Positions 14,076-22,588 of a stretch of 64,000 bases of DNA are shown here, in pieces. The DNA is from a virus. Its lineage: Duplodnaviria; Heunggongvirae; Uroviricota; Caudoviricetes. The notes under the pieces are model-generated. The model had not been told where the DNA came from and did no database searches. It was given only the letters and a program-made list of their open reading frames with translations. Location of the stretch: IMG/VR virus record IMGVR_UViG_3300034091_000309; one strand, 5' to 3'. How positions within the stretch are numbered: the stretch's first letter is position 1; each line of letters starts with the position of its first letter. Both the position numbers and the translations under genes were made by a program.

Positions 14076-14390
14076 ATGGCAACCGAGAACCTGCTTTACC
14101 TAATTGATGTGGAGATTGTGCGGCTGATGGAGGCCCGCAAGATCCTAGAGGCCGTGGCAACGGCTCCCACCAAGAAGCCTGGACCTAGACCAAGCTCCCA
14201 TCACAAAAAGCCGGGGTCCCCAACGACAGGTCCACGTCGTTGGGGTGGTAAGCCGGAAGCCGCAGAGATCCGGAAGCACATCATAACACCTGCGGGGCGG
14301 GCCCGCATCGGAAGAGCCACGCGCCAGCGCTGGGCGGCATTGAGGAGTATCCGGCCAGAGGCTTCCAGGCTGGCCAAACTGCCTTTATGA
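14076..14390 (+). CDS. hypothetical protein with in-frame RPE-derived segment (SPTTGPRRWGG)
   Basis: Leaderless ATG; the RPE copy at 14221-14258 is read through in frame. Confidence 0.5.
   Translation: MATENLLYLIDVEIVRLMEARKILEAVATAPTKKPGPRPSSHHKKPGSPTTGPRRWGGKPEAAEIRKHIITPAGRARIGRATRQRWAALRSIRPEASRLAKLPL
14221..14258 (-). repeat. RPE-like palindromic element copy, inverted orientation, inside a CDS
   Basis: The sequence reads ccggggtccccaacgacaggtccacgtcgttggggtgg. Confidence 0.75.
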
Positions 14391-14620
14391 CCAACGGGCA
14401 ACAAATCTCTGTGGGTTTCGAGGACCAGACTGTGCGCGGCAGGGTGGCACTCGTCTCCGGCAACGAGAAGAGCCTTATGGTGGAACTTGAATCCGGCCTT
14501 CGCGTTGGTGCAGGGTTCTATCTCGACTTCCTTCCTCTGCTCAGGAACGACGCCGGCGAGTATGAGGATCTATTGCAGGGCAGGACGGTGCGTGTGTCAA
14601 CCGAGGAACTAGAGGGCTGA
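14387..14620 (+). CDS. small hypothetical protein (77 aa)
   Basis: ATGA overlap with the upstream gene. Confidence 0.45.
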   Translation: MTNGQQISVGFEDQTVRGRVALVSGNEKSLMVELESGLRVGAGFYLDFLPLLRNDAGEYEDLLQGRTVRVSTEELEG

Positions 14621-14621
14621 T

Positions 14622-15008
14622 ATGCATCAGCAAGAAGCAGATGCCGAGGCCAAGCGGCGGTGGGGGGCGAAGGCTGGCGTTCGCGTTACTGGCACAGGCG
14701 CTTATCTGGTCGCGGCCAAGATCGATCCATTTAAGATGTTCGGACCGTATGGCCAGTCCACCAAGTCCTGGGAAGCCGCTTTTCGGGATGCCGAGGAGCA
14801 CGAAGGGAAGAGGCTGAACGCCCTTGATCTGGCCCTGCCGCATCTGCGCGCGGTGTGCGACCGGATCACCGCCAACTATCCGAACGAACCCTACGGTGTG
14901 TACGATCCCGAGTCACCGAGTCCGTCGAATGTCTACCGGATCGTCCTGGATGCTCTCACGCAGCTTGAATACCTGCAATTGAAGGAGCGGGAAAGATGTC
15001 CGGAATAA
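14622..15008 (+). CDS. hypothetical protein (128 aa)
   Basis: Protein-like frame packed tightly against the neighbouring genes. Confidence 0.45.
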   Translation: MHQQEADAEAKRRWGAKAGVRVTGTGAYLVAAKIDPFKMFGPYGQSTKSWEAAFRDAEEHEGKRLNALDLALPHLRAVCDRITANYPNEPYGVYDPESPSPSNVYRIVLDALTQLEYLQLKERERCPE

Positions 15009-15091
15009 AGAACGGCTCGGGGCTGTTTTTTTTGCTGCTACTGCTGGCGATAGCGGTCCTGGGCGGCCCACGCCGGCGGTGAGGAGGAGGA

Positions 15092-15517
15092 GTGGCGGTC
15101 AACTTCGGTGAAGAGAAACTCGTGTGCCTGATGGTCCTTGACGACTCCTTCGCGCATAAACTGAGTTGCACGGCGGGGCCGGCCTTCTGGCGCGGCTTCA
15201 TCTTGGAGAACCGGACGACGCACCGAATCAGGGCCTTGATGCGCTTCAAATACGAGAACGAGGAAAGAAGCTGGTTCGAGACCAATCCTAGCGAAGAGAG
15301 AGAGCGGGAAGCGGAGATCGCGCGCCTGCGTTGTGGCATCGAAGATGTTTTGAAGATCGGCTTGGCCGTTTGGGGTTTTGAGACGGCGGAGATCGAAACG
15401 GCCATCCACTGCTTCTATCCGCCCGACGACCAGGGAGATCCTCTGAAGACGTTCATCTGGCTGGAGCAACAGGGGCTGATCGAGTTCACGGTTGAAAGAG
15501 ACGGGATCGGATCATGA
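15092..15517 (+). CDS. hypothetical protein (141 aa)
   Basis: GTG start after RBS gaggaggaggag. Confidence 0.45.
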   Translation: MAVNFGEEKLVCLMVLDDSFAHKLSCTAGPAFWRGFILENRTTHRIRALMRFKYENEERSWFETNPSEEREREAEIARLRCGIEDVLKIGLAVWGFETAEIETAIHCFYPPDDQGDPLKTFIWLEQQGLIEFTVERDGIGS

Positions 15518-15900
15518 CGAACGCCGGCAAACCGAAGAGGAGGATCGCGCGGAAGGCGGCATGGAAGGAACCTAGATTGCCGCAGGAGCAGATCGCCGAG
15601 CTGGCGCTGGGTATCTTCACCGGGCAAGTCTTCAGCAGCCGTCAAGTTCCTGAGCACGATCTGCACCTGCTGCCGATGATCTTCATGCCGTTGGCATTGT
15701 TCTCTAGCGAACAAGCGAAAGAGTTGCGCAAACACCCGCCGGCGATGATCTGCGGCCGGATGAAGGACGCAGCGCTGCGCAGCATCAACGGCTACCCGAT
15801 CTTTTTCACGATGCAGATGGTTTATGCACAGGATGCCCGGTTGATCCGGGAGCGGTATGAAAAGCTGCAAGCGGCGGCGAAGGAGATCCTGGCGCCATGA
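15514..15900 (+). CDS. hypothetical protein (128 aa)
   Basis: ATGA overlap with the upstream gene. Confidence 0.45.
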   Translation: MTNAGKPKRRIARKAAWKEPRLPQEQIAELALGIFTGQVFSSRQVPEHDLHLLPMIFMPLALFSSEQAKELRKHPPAMICGRMKDAALRSINGYPIFFTMQMVYAQDARLIRERYEKLQAAAKEILAP

Positions 15901-15924
15901 GTGATGCGGCTCCCGACGAAGACC

Positions 15925-16107
15925 TTACGCCGCCTTCTTGGGCCGGCCGCCGTGGTATTCGGCGCGGGGATGGCTCTTCGCGGCCAGTTTGGAAAAGTAG
16001 TCCGTCCCGCGCTTCTTGAGCAGCTTACGGCCGGCGAGGGCGGCGATCTTAGAGTAAAATTCCGGGTCGGCTTTGGTCAGTTTTTCTGGTTTAGCGGTCT
16101 TCTTCAT
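15925..16107 (-). CDS. small KGG/stress-protein-like basic protein (60 aa)
   Basis: MKKTAKPEKLTKADPEFYSKIAALAGRKLLKKRGTDYFSKLAAKS is protein-like. Confidence 0.35.
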   Translation of the reverse strand: MKKTAKPEKLTKADPEFYSKIAALAGRKLLKKRGTDYFSKLAAKSHPRAEYHGGRPKKAA

Positions 16108-16152
16108 GGGCGCAGCATAAGACAAAGCCAACTGTGCGTCTACACCAATTTG

Positions 16153-16236
16153 CCACCCCACGGACTTGAACCTGTCCCTTCACCCCGCAGCACAGAGATC
16201 GCGTTGCGGGGACCCCGAATCCGTGGGGACCTCGGA
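16153..16236 (+). repeat. composite of two nested or adjacent RPE-like elements
   Basis: The sequence reads ccaccccacggacttgaacctgtccc...gcgttgcggggaccccgaatccgtggggacctcgg. Confidence 0.6.
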
Positions 16237-16307
16237 AAAATCACCCTTGACCCCAAAGGGAAATCGGCTTATTGGTAGGTCACCGAGGAGCGCAGAGGAG
16301 GCGCCCG

Positions 16308-17372
16308 GTGACCGATAAAAACTCACCCGTTCCGTCCATCGATAAAATTACGCCCAAGGCCAAGCAGCGGAAGCAGATCCACGTCTCCGGGATCAACATG
16401 GCCAACGATTGCGGGCAGCGGTTTCTCTTCCGGTATATCTTGGGCATCAAATCCCCGCCCAGCGCCTTCCTGCTGGTGGGCAAATCCACGGATGAATCGG
16501 TTACGCGGGATCTCGACCACAAGATCGAGACCGGGGAGCTGCTCAAGCGCGAGGACGTGCTGGAAATCTCCGCGGCCAAATTCGACGCAGAGCAGAAGGC
16601 CGAACCGATCGAGCTGGACCAGGAAGAAAAAAAAGAAGGCAAGAGCCTGGACCAGGTGCTCGGAGAGGCAAAGGATAAGGCGGTATGCCTCTCCGGGCTG
16701 CATCACGACGAGGCGGCGCCGAAGATTCAGGCGGTGCGGACGCGGCGCAAGTTCTCCGTGGACATGGACGCCTTTCTGCGCGCACGGGCGAGGGAACTGC
16801 ACTTGGCCGGAGAGCAGGCGCCGGACAAGTACGCAGCCAAGCTGCTGCACGGCCAAGCGCAATCGCTCAACGCCGCCGCTCGGGACGGCATCGACTTCGT
16901 GGGGGAGCAGGACATTCAGGAGGTCATTGGCGACCAGCTCATCATCCGCGATACCAAGACCTCGGCCAAGTCGCCCACGCCCTCGTTCCTGGACGGTAGC
17001 GACAAGGCCGGCACGGCCGACGATTCGGAGCAGCTCACGGCCTACGCCGTGGCCTCGCATGTAATCGACGGGAAGCTCCCTGATCGCATGGTACTCGACT
17101 ACCTGGTGCGGACCAACGCGGCCAAGCCGACGGTCAAGTATGTGCCCACAGCGACGACGCGCTCGATGGATGATGTGCAGGTCTTTTTGAATCGCTTCAC
17201 CAACCTGATCCACGCCATGAAGACGGGAGTCTTTGTGCCAGCAAACCAGAGCTGGTGGGGCTGCAGCGAAAAGTGGTGCGGGTACAGTTCGATCTGTCCG
17301 TACTTCAAACGGCCCAAACTGGTGCAGATCAATGTGGAAGTTCAGACGGACAGAAAGCAGGATGCAAATTGA
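16308..17372 (+). CDS. PD-(D/E)xK nuclease, Cas4/RecB-like exonuclease with C-terminal Cys cluster
   Basis: GTG after RBS gaggagg; N-terminal motif IHVSGINMANDCGQRFLFRYILGI; catalytic motif GEQDIQEVIGDQLIIRDTKTS; C-terminal CSEKWCGYSSIC. Confidence 0.6.
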   Translation: MTDKNSPVPSIDKITPKAKQRKQIHVSGINMANDCGQRFLFRYILGIKSPPSAFLLVGKSTDESVTRDLDHKIETGELLKREDVLEISAAKFDAEQKAEPIELDQEEKKEGKSLDQVLGEAKDKAVCLSGLHHDEAAPKIQAVRTRRKFSVDMDAFLRARARELHLAGEQAPDKYAAKLLHGQAQSLNAAARDGIDFVGEQDIQEVIGDQLIIRDTKTSAKSPTPSFLDGSDKAGTADDSEQLTAYAVASHVIDGKLPDRMVLDYLVRTNAAKPTVKYVPTATTRSMDDVQVFLNRFTNLIHAMKTGVFVPANQSWWGCSEKWCGYSSICPYFKRPKLVQINVEVQTDRKQDAN

Positions 17373-17386
17373 AGACGACGATTGTT

Positions 17387-17566
17387 ATGACCGTGGAAAC
17401 AGATCACGGTTGGGATTCTACGCCCAACGCCGTAGGGATTTTGATCGACATGAAAGAGGCGGTCAAGGAATACCGCCTAGCTTTGGCGCGGAGTGGTGTA
17501 CTCAACCAGACGATAGTTGACCAGCAAACCGGAACTTTCATCAGGGTGGAGGTGTCGAATGCCTGA
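17387..17566 (+). CDS. small hypothetical protein (59 aa) between exonuclease and RecT
   Basis: Protein-like frame; its stop overlaps the RecT start. Confidence 0.4.
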   Translation: MTVETDHGWDSTPNAVGILIDMKEAVKEYRLALARSGVLNQTIVDQQTGTFIRVEVSNA

Positions 17567-18683
17567 AACCGCACTTGCAGTCAATGTGCCGCAACCGGCT
17601 CAGCTTCAGGTGAGCCGGGAGTGGGAGAATCACCTGGAGCTGATCCAGCGCACGGTGGCGCCGGGACTGACCCCGGAAGAGTTTCAGTTGTTTTGCCATG
17701 TGGCCCGTGTCCGCCACCTGGACCCGTTGCAGCGGCAGATCCACGCCGTCAAGCGCACGACTTGGGACCCGGAGAAGAGCGGCTACGTGGAGAAGATGAC
17801 GATTCAGACCGGCATTGACGGCTACCGGTCGATCGCCAACCGGACCAATATCTACATGCCCTCTGACAAGCTGCCACAGGTCGACGACGGCGGCAAACCG
17901 GATCTGCGGGTTACGGTGTGGGTGAAGAAGTTTTCGCCGAATGATGGAGCATGGCACGAGTTCGGCGCCACGGCCTACTACCGCGAGTTCGTTCAGACAA
18001 GAAAAAACAAGCAGAGCGGAAAGGTGGAGCCGAACTCCATGTGGGAGAAGATGCCCATCAACCAACTGACCAAGTGCGCGGAGGCACTGGCGCTGCGCCG
18101 CGGCTGGCCGGAGGAGTTGGGCGGCATCTATGTGGACGAAGAGATGCCCAGCCAGGAGCCAACCTACCTGCCGCCGGAGAACACGAAGCTGGACAAGACC
18201 AGGCGTGAGCTGGGCACACTCAAAACCTCGGCAGAGCCCAACCGGGGCCACGGGAACGAAGGCACACAGCGGCCACCGGAGCAAGAGATTTGCGCCGAGT
18301 GCCGAACGGTCAACGGTCACACGGAGGAGTGCAAGCTGAATTCCAAAAACGCGAAGCAGGCCAACCGGGGTCCCCAGCGACAGGTCCAAGTTGCTGGGGT
18401 GGAGAAGAAAAGCAAGCGGGAGGCCTGGGACAGCTATCCGGGCCACGATCCCAAGACTCATATCTCTTTCGCTGATGGGATTCAGCTCTTCGAGCTGCAG
18501 CGGAAACTGAGCATTGCCGAGGAGCAGGTCAAGGAATTGCTGGACCGGGAGTTCGAGATTCAGCATCGTCCGCTTATCCGGCAAGACCAGTTCCAACTGG
18601 TGCTGGATACCATCCAGAAGCAATTCGGGGAAAAGCCGGAAAAGGGCAACCTGGAGTCTCTGGAAGGTATGTTCTCGGAGTGA
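17559..18683 (+). CDS. recT: RecT-family single-strand annealing protein
   Basis: RBS ggaggtg precedes the ATG; typical RecT core FQLFCHVARVRHLDPLQRQIHAV...IQTGIDGYRSIANRT. Confidence 0.65.
   Translation: MPETALAVNVPQPAQLQVSREWENHLELIQRTVAPGLTPEEFQLFCHVARVRHLDPLQRQIHAVKRTTWDPEKSGYVEKMTIQTGIDGYRSIANRTNIYMPSDKLPQVDDGGKPDLRVTVWVKKFSPNDGAWHEFGATAYYREFVQTRKNKQSGKVEPNSMWEKMPINQLTKCAEALALRRGWPEELGGIYVDEEMPSQEPTYLPPENTKLDKTRRELGTLKTSAEPNRGHGNEGTQRPPEQEICAECRTVNGHTEECKLNSKNAKQANRGPQRQVQVAGVEKKSKREAWDSYPGHDPKTHISFADGIQLFELQRKLSIAEEQVKELLDREFEIQHRPLIRQDQFQLVLDTIQKQFGEKPEKGNLESLEGMFSE
18366..18402 (-). repeat. RPE-like palindromic element copy inside the recT coding region
   Basis: The sequence reads ggggtccccagcgacaggtccaagttgctggggtgg. 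Confidence 0.65.
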
Positions 18684-18768
18684 TTCACGTGATCTCAAAT
18701 AGGCAACGCAGATGACCCCCAAAAAGAAGAAGCCAGAGAAGAAACCCGAGCCAGTCCGCGATTCTGAG

Positions 18769-18888
18769 ATGGAGCCGGACTGGTCCGGCAAGTGCGAAGT
18801 GTGCGGAGAGTCGCCCATCGTCCCTGCGACGGGGCTGTGCGGACCTTGCAGTTTTGGAGAAGCGGAGACGGCTGGCGGAAACTGGTAA
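18769..18888 (+). CDS. possible small zinc-ribbon peptide (39 aa)
   Basis: Contains CEVCGES...CGPC; start and RBS are uncertain. Confidence 0.2.
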   Translation: MEPDWSGKCEVCGESPIVPATGLCGPCSFGEAETAGGNW

Positions 18889-18960
18889 GGATAAATCTAC
18901 GCTCGTGGGGTGTTGATATATGATGTTTTGTGTGCTGAATAGCACCGAGGAGACAGACCC

Positions 18961-19308
18961 ATGGCAGAACTCAAGTTGCAGATGGAGGATTACACCGAAG
19001 CGTTCCCGAGGCGGGTGAATATCGAGCCGTACATGCACATCATCGATGCGGCAAAAGACGCTCCGATGGGTAAAGACAAAATGCCGCGCGTTGTGGTCCA
19101 GATTTATGACACTGTGAAGGAGCTTAACCGGGCGGCGAACACGATCCGCCACTACAGCAACCTGAACAATCTGAATCTGCGCGTGTCGTCGGATGAGCAA
19201 AAGCTGAAGATGAAAGTGTACCGCGGCAAGCCGATGCAGAGGAGGACGAAGAAGGATGTACCCGCCCCGCCGGTAGCCAAAACAACCAGCAACGAAGGAG
19301 CCAGCTAG
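18961..19308 (+). CDS. hypothetical protein (115 aa)
   Basis: RBS gaggag precedes the ATG. Confidence 0.5.
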   Translation: MAELKLQMEDYTEAFPRRVNIEPYMHIIDAAKDAPMGKDKMPRVVVQIYDTVKELNRAANTIRHYSNLNNLNLRVSSDEQKLKMKVYRGKPMQRRTKKDVPAPPVAKTTSNEGAS

Positions 19309-19384
19309 GGTTGCGATCCCCGGCGGCTCGAAACAGCCGCCGGGCGCATCCGCCCATCGTTCCATCTTAAAAACCGAGGCCATC

Positions 19385-19696
19385 ATGTCCGAGCAAGGAA
19401 AGTTTGAAGCCGAGGCCATCGCGGCCAGCCTGGAATTTCATGAAGCGTTGCGGGCATTTTTTGACAAATACAATGTTCACGCCGCAGTCGTGTGTTGGGC
19501 GACAGGTGCCGGTGGGCACGTCGTGTCAATCACCTTGGGCTGTCCACATTGCGGGGGGGTGGCTCTGGCGCACACCGTCTACAATCTTGATTCCACGTGG
19601 AGAGAGTCCTTCGCGGAAGCGTTCAGAGATCAGCTTCAGGGGCGGAGCAATACGAAGGTGATCCACATGCAGATGGGCTCTGAGACGGTGCATTGA
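19385..19696 (+). CDS. hypothetical protein (103 aa)
   Basis: RBS gagg precedes the ATG. Confidence 0.5.
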   Translation: MSEQGKFEAEAIAASLEFHEALRAFFDKYNVHAAVVCWATGAGGHVVSITLGCPHCGGVALAHTVYNLDSTWRESFAEAFRDQLQGRSNTKVIHMQMGSETVH

Positions 19697-20082
19697 CCGG
19701 GAGGCGCCGGGCGCTCTTTCCAGCGGCCGGTGTCCAGATCCTGGACGGCTCAAAAACCAGCGATTCTAAAACGGTCTTGACATGAAACCGGAAGCCACGT
19801 CCAATGCAAATGGCGCGTGTGTCCGCATGTGCGCCGGCCCGGCCGCAGACTTTGGCCTTCAAGCGCTCATTGCTGCGGTTGGACGCTACGACGGGCCGGT
19901 CTCTCCTCGGTGGCCGGCCTGTTGCGTTTGTTGATGACCTCCTCCTTGGTTCGCCCAAATTTTTTCCACAGCCTGTGCAAAACTCAGAATTTAATGATTG
20001 CATCGTGTCTCAAAAAGGGTTAGGCTAACGCAGTTTGGTAATAGTGACCGATTCTTCACCGAAGGTTACTAGGGAGTCGAAG

Positions 20083-20337
20083 ATGAAAGATCTGTATGCC
20101 GAACTGCTGGTTGAGCCGACGATTGGACCCGAGGAGGTGGCGAAAATCCTGGGTATTTCGCGCCTGACGGCGCATCGTTGGGCCCAGCAAGGCCGGTTAC
20201 CTTCGTTTGCGCTCCCCTTTGGCTCACGAGGGAAGTGCCAGTACCGGTTCCGGGTATCCGAACTGGAGAAGTACCTGCAACAGCACGCGCACTCGGCGAA
20301 CGAGTTCGCTGCGGGTAGCCCAGTTGAAGGCGGTTGA
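20083..20337 (+). CDS. xis: excisionase-like HTH DNA-binding protein (Xis/MerR-type)
   Basis: RBS agggag precedes the ATG; HTH EVAKILGISRLTAHRWAQQGRLP; located immediately upstream of the integrase. Confidence 0.55.
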   Translation: MKDLYAELLVEPTIGPEEVAKILGISRLTAHRWAQQGRLPSFALPFGSRGKCQYRFRVSELEKYLQQHAHSANEFAAGSPVEGG

Positions 20338-20590
20338 TGGTTCCCGTTTGGGCATGGTGGCATTTTTGGTGGCATATTGACCAAAAGACCCGCAAACACC
20401 ATATATTTCAATAACATATAAATCCCTGGGGGGCAGCCAAGGACTACTACTTTTCTCGACCTGTTACCACCCATCTCGACTCAATGACCCCCTTTGAAAC
20501 CCAATAACCATGGGCTTTCCCGCATCTCAATCTTGTTCAGGACGTGCGGGGAGACACGAGGCGATTTTTCCGCAAACAGCTATTTACTGG

Positions 20591-20675
20591 TGCTATTTTT
20601 TGGCGTACTATCGAAAAATAGCACCACGGCTGGTGGTGCTATTTCAAGGGGAAGAGAAAAATAGCACCACCGAGG
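20591..20675 (+). repeat. three copies of AAAATAGCACCAC (one inverted) upstream of the integrase; candidate arm-type or operator sites
   Basis: The repeats read tggtgctatttt / aaaatagcaccacggctggtggtgctattt / aaaatagcaccac. Confidence 0.5.
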
Positions 20676-20683
20676 AGAAGACG

Positions 20684-21934
20684 ATGGCAGCCAACCGAGA
20701 ACTGACCAACCTGCATTGCGCCAAGGCCGCGCCCGGCGCCAAACCCTACCGCCTCGCCGACAAGGGAGGCCTCTACCTGCTGGTCACCCCGGCCGGGGGA
20801 ACACTGTGGCGCTGGAAGTACCGCTTCGAGGGTAAGCAAAAACAGATGGCCCTGGGCAAGTACCCCGATGTGTCGCTGGCGCAGGCGCGGCTGCTGCACG
20901 CCGAGGCGCGGGTTAAACTGGCCAGCGGCATCGACCCCATGAGCCAGCGCAAAGAAGAGAAGCTGGCCATCCGGGTCAGCCGCGCCGGGAAAGAAAAGCG
21001 GAGGGCGCTCACCTTTGAAAAATTGGTGCGCATGTGGTATGCCGAGAAATGGCGCAGGGGCAAGAACCCGCGCTATGCCGCCAATGTGCAAAGACGGCTG
21101 GAAACCGATGTCATCGCCCGGCTGGGCCGCAAAGACGCCGCCGCGATCACATCGGCGGATGTGGTGGAACTCACCAAAGCCGTGGATGGCCGGGGGGCCC
21201 GCGACATCGCCAAGCGCAACCTGCAGTTCATCCGCAAGATCTACAGATGGGGAAAGACCAACAACTATTTGGCCAGGGATGTAGTGAACCCGGCGGCGGA
21301 GATCGATATGCAGGATATTCTCTCCAACCACACCCCGGTCAAGTTCGCCCATCTGACCATCGCCGAGGTGCCGGAGCTGCTGCGCCGGATGCAGGACTAC
21401 AGCGGCAATGTGCTGACGCGGATAGCCATGGAGCTGATCGCCTTGACCTTCGTGCGCACCGGAGAGCTGATCGCCGCGGAGTGGAAGGAGATCGACTGGA
21501 AGAACCGCCAGTGGCATCTTCCCGCCCAACACATGAAGATGAAGCTGCCACACATCGTCCCGCTCTCCCGCCAGGCGATCACGCTGCTTCAACGGCTCCG
21601 CGCCATCAGCGAAAGGACGGGAAGACTCTTCCCCGATTACAACGGCGGGGCGGGCACGATGAGCAACAACACCATCCTCAAGGGGATGGAGCGGATGGGC
21701 TACAAGGGGCGCATGACCGGACACGGCTGGAGACACATCGCCAGCACCTACCTGCGCGGCCGGGGCTACGACAAATACTGGGTGGAGATGCAACTGGCCC
21801 ACAGGGAAGGCGGAGTTGCGGGGATCTACAACGAGGCGGAGTATCTGAAGCAGCGCACAGGAATGATGCAAGCCTGGGCCGACGCCCTGGACGAGATGCG
21901 CGTCGCCGGCGCCGGCAGTCTGCGCGCGGCGTGA
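20684..21934 (+). CDS. int: P4-like tyrosine integrase
   Basis: N-terminal arm-binding domain KPYRLADKGGLYLLVTPAGGTLWRWKYRFEGKQKQMALGKYPDVSLAQAR plus a C-terminal catalytic domain. Confidence 0.8.
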   Translation: MAANRELTNLHCAKAAPGAKPYRLADKGGLYLLVTPAGGTLWRWKYRFEGKQKQMALGKYPDVSLAQARLLHAEARVKLASGIDPMSQRKEEKLAIRVSRAGKEKRRALTFEKLVRMWYAEKWRRGKNPRYAANVQRRLETDVIARLGRKDAAAITSADVVELTKAVDGRGARDIAKRNLQFIRKIYRWGKTNNYLARDVVNPAAEIDMQDILSNHTPVKFAHLTIAEVPELLRRMQDYSGNVLTRIAMELIALTFVRTGELIAAEWKEIDWKNRQWHLPAQHMKMKLPHIVPLSRQAITLLQRLRAISERTGRLFPDYNGGAGTMSNNTILKGMERMGYKGRMTGHGWRHIASTYLRGRGYDKYWVEMQLAHREGGVAGIYNEAEYLKQRTGMMQAWADALDEMRVAGAGSLRAA

Positions 21935-21971
21935 GACATCCAGGAGCCTGAAAGAGAATCGAGGGCAGATG

Positions 21972-22002
21972 AACGGGGAACCGGAATCCGGTTCCCCGTT
22001 TC
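21972..22002 (+). terminator. rho-independent terminator after the integrase
   Basis: The hairpin aacggggaaccggaatccggttccccgtt is followed by t. Confidence 0.55.
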
Positions 22003-22141
22003 AGTAGATGGGATAATTGCTAGTTCATTCATAAACGGTTTCGACGTAACTGAACCCCTTACTTTTATCTTCAACTTAGTGATACACCGCACCGCTTGCA
22101 AAGGGATTTATAGCGTGGATAATCGCCATGGAGTTTCTTGG

Positions 22142-22179
22142 CACCCCACGGGCGATAGACCTACCCGTGGGGACCCCGG
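22142..22179 (+). repeat. RPE-like palindromic element copy
   Basis: The sequence reads caccccacgggcgatagacctacccgtggggaccccgg. Confidence 0.7.
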
Positions 22180-22194
22180 AAGAGCAAAGATTTC

Positions 22195-22419
22195 GTGGCC
22201 AGCAAAAACGCAAAGCCCATCCAGAGTTACCGGCCGCCGCTGGTGCTGCGCAAGAAGCAGGTGCTCGAAGCCATTGGCCTGAGCGCCAGCACCATCTTCG
22301 CGCTGCAGAAGGCGGGCAAGTTTCCCGCGCCCATCAGGCTGAGCCAGAGGGCGACGGGGTGGCTGAGCGCCGATATCGAACGATGGATTGAAGCCAGGGC
22401 CGCGGAGAGAGCGGCATGA
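22195..22419 (+). CDS. alpA: AlpA-family phage transcriptional regulator (HTH)
   Basis: GTG start; VLEAIGLSASTIFALQKAGKFPAPIRLSQRATGWLSADIERWIEAR. Confidence 0.55.
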   Translation: MASKNAKPIQSYRPPLVLRKKQVLEAIGLSASTIFALQKAGKFPAPIRLSQRATGWLSADIERWIEARAAERAA

Positions 22420-22464
22420 GACAGCTTCTAGCTCTTAGCTGACAGCGAACAGTTAGAAGCTAAC

Positions 22465-22482
22465 AGCCAGCGGCTGTTTTTC
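22465..22482 (+). terminator. rho-independent terminator
   Basis: The hairpin cagccagcggctg is followed by ttttt. Confidence 0.5.
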
Positions 22483-22588
22483 ATTCCCTTGACAGCGAAG
22501 CCGGAGGAGCAGGCTCCCCGGAGGGCTGGGTGCCCCCTGGGCAAGGGAGCGTTTGCTTTTTTAGAAGGATGGGCGGGGAGAACCGCAA

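Noticed and set aside
17541-18818. 425-aa ORF on the minus strand
   Set aside because: It lies antisense to the well-supported recT gene and has low-complexity Leu/Arg-rich composition, so it is likely an open-frame artefact of the high GC content.
20639-21871. 410-aa ORF on the minus strand
   Set aside because: It is antisense to the P4-like integrase, with no RBS and a non-protein-like composition.
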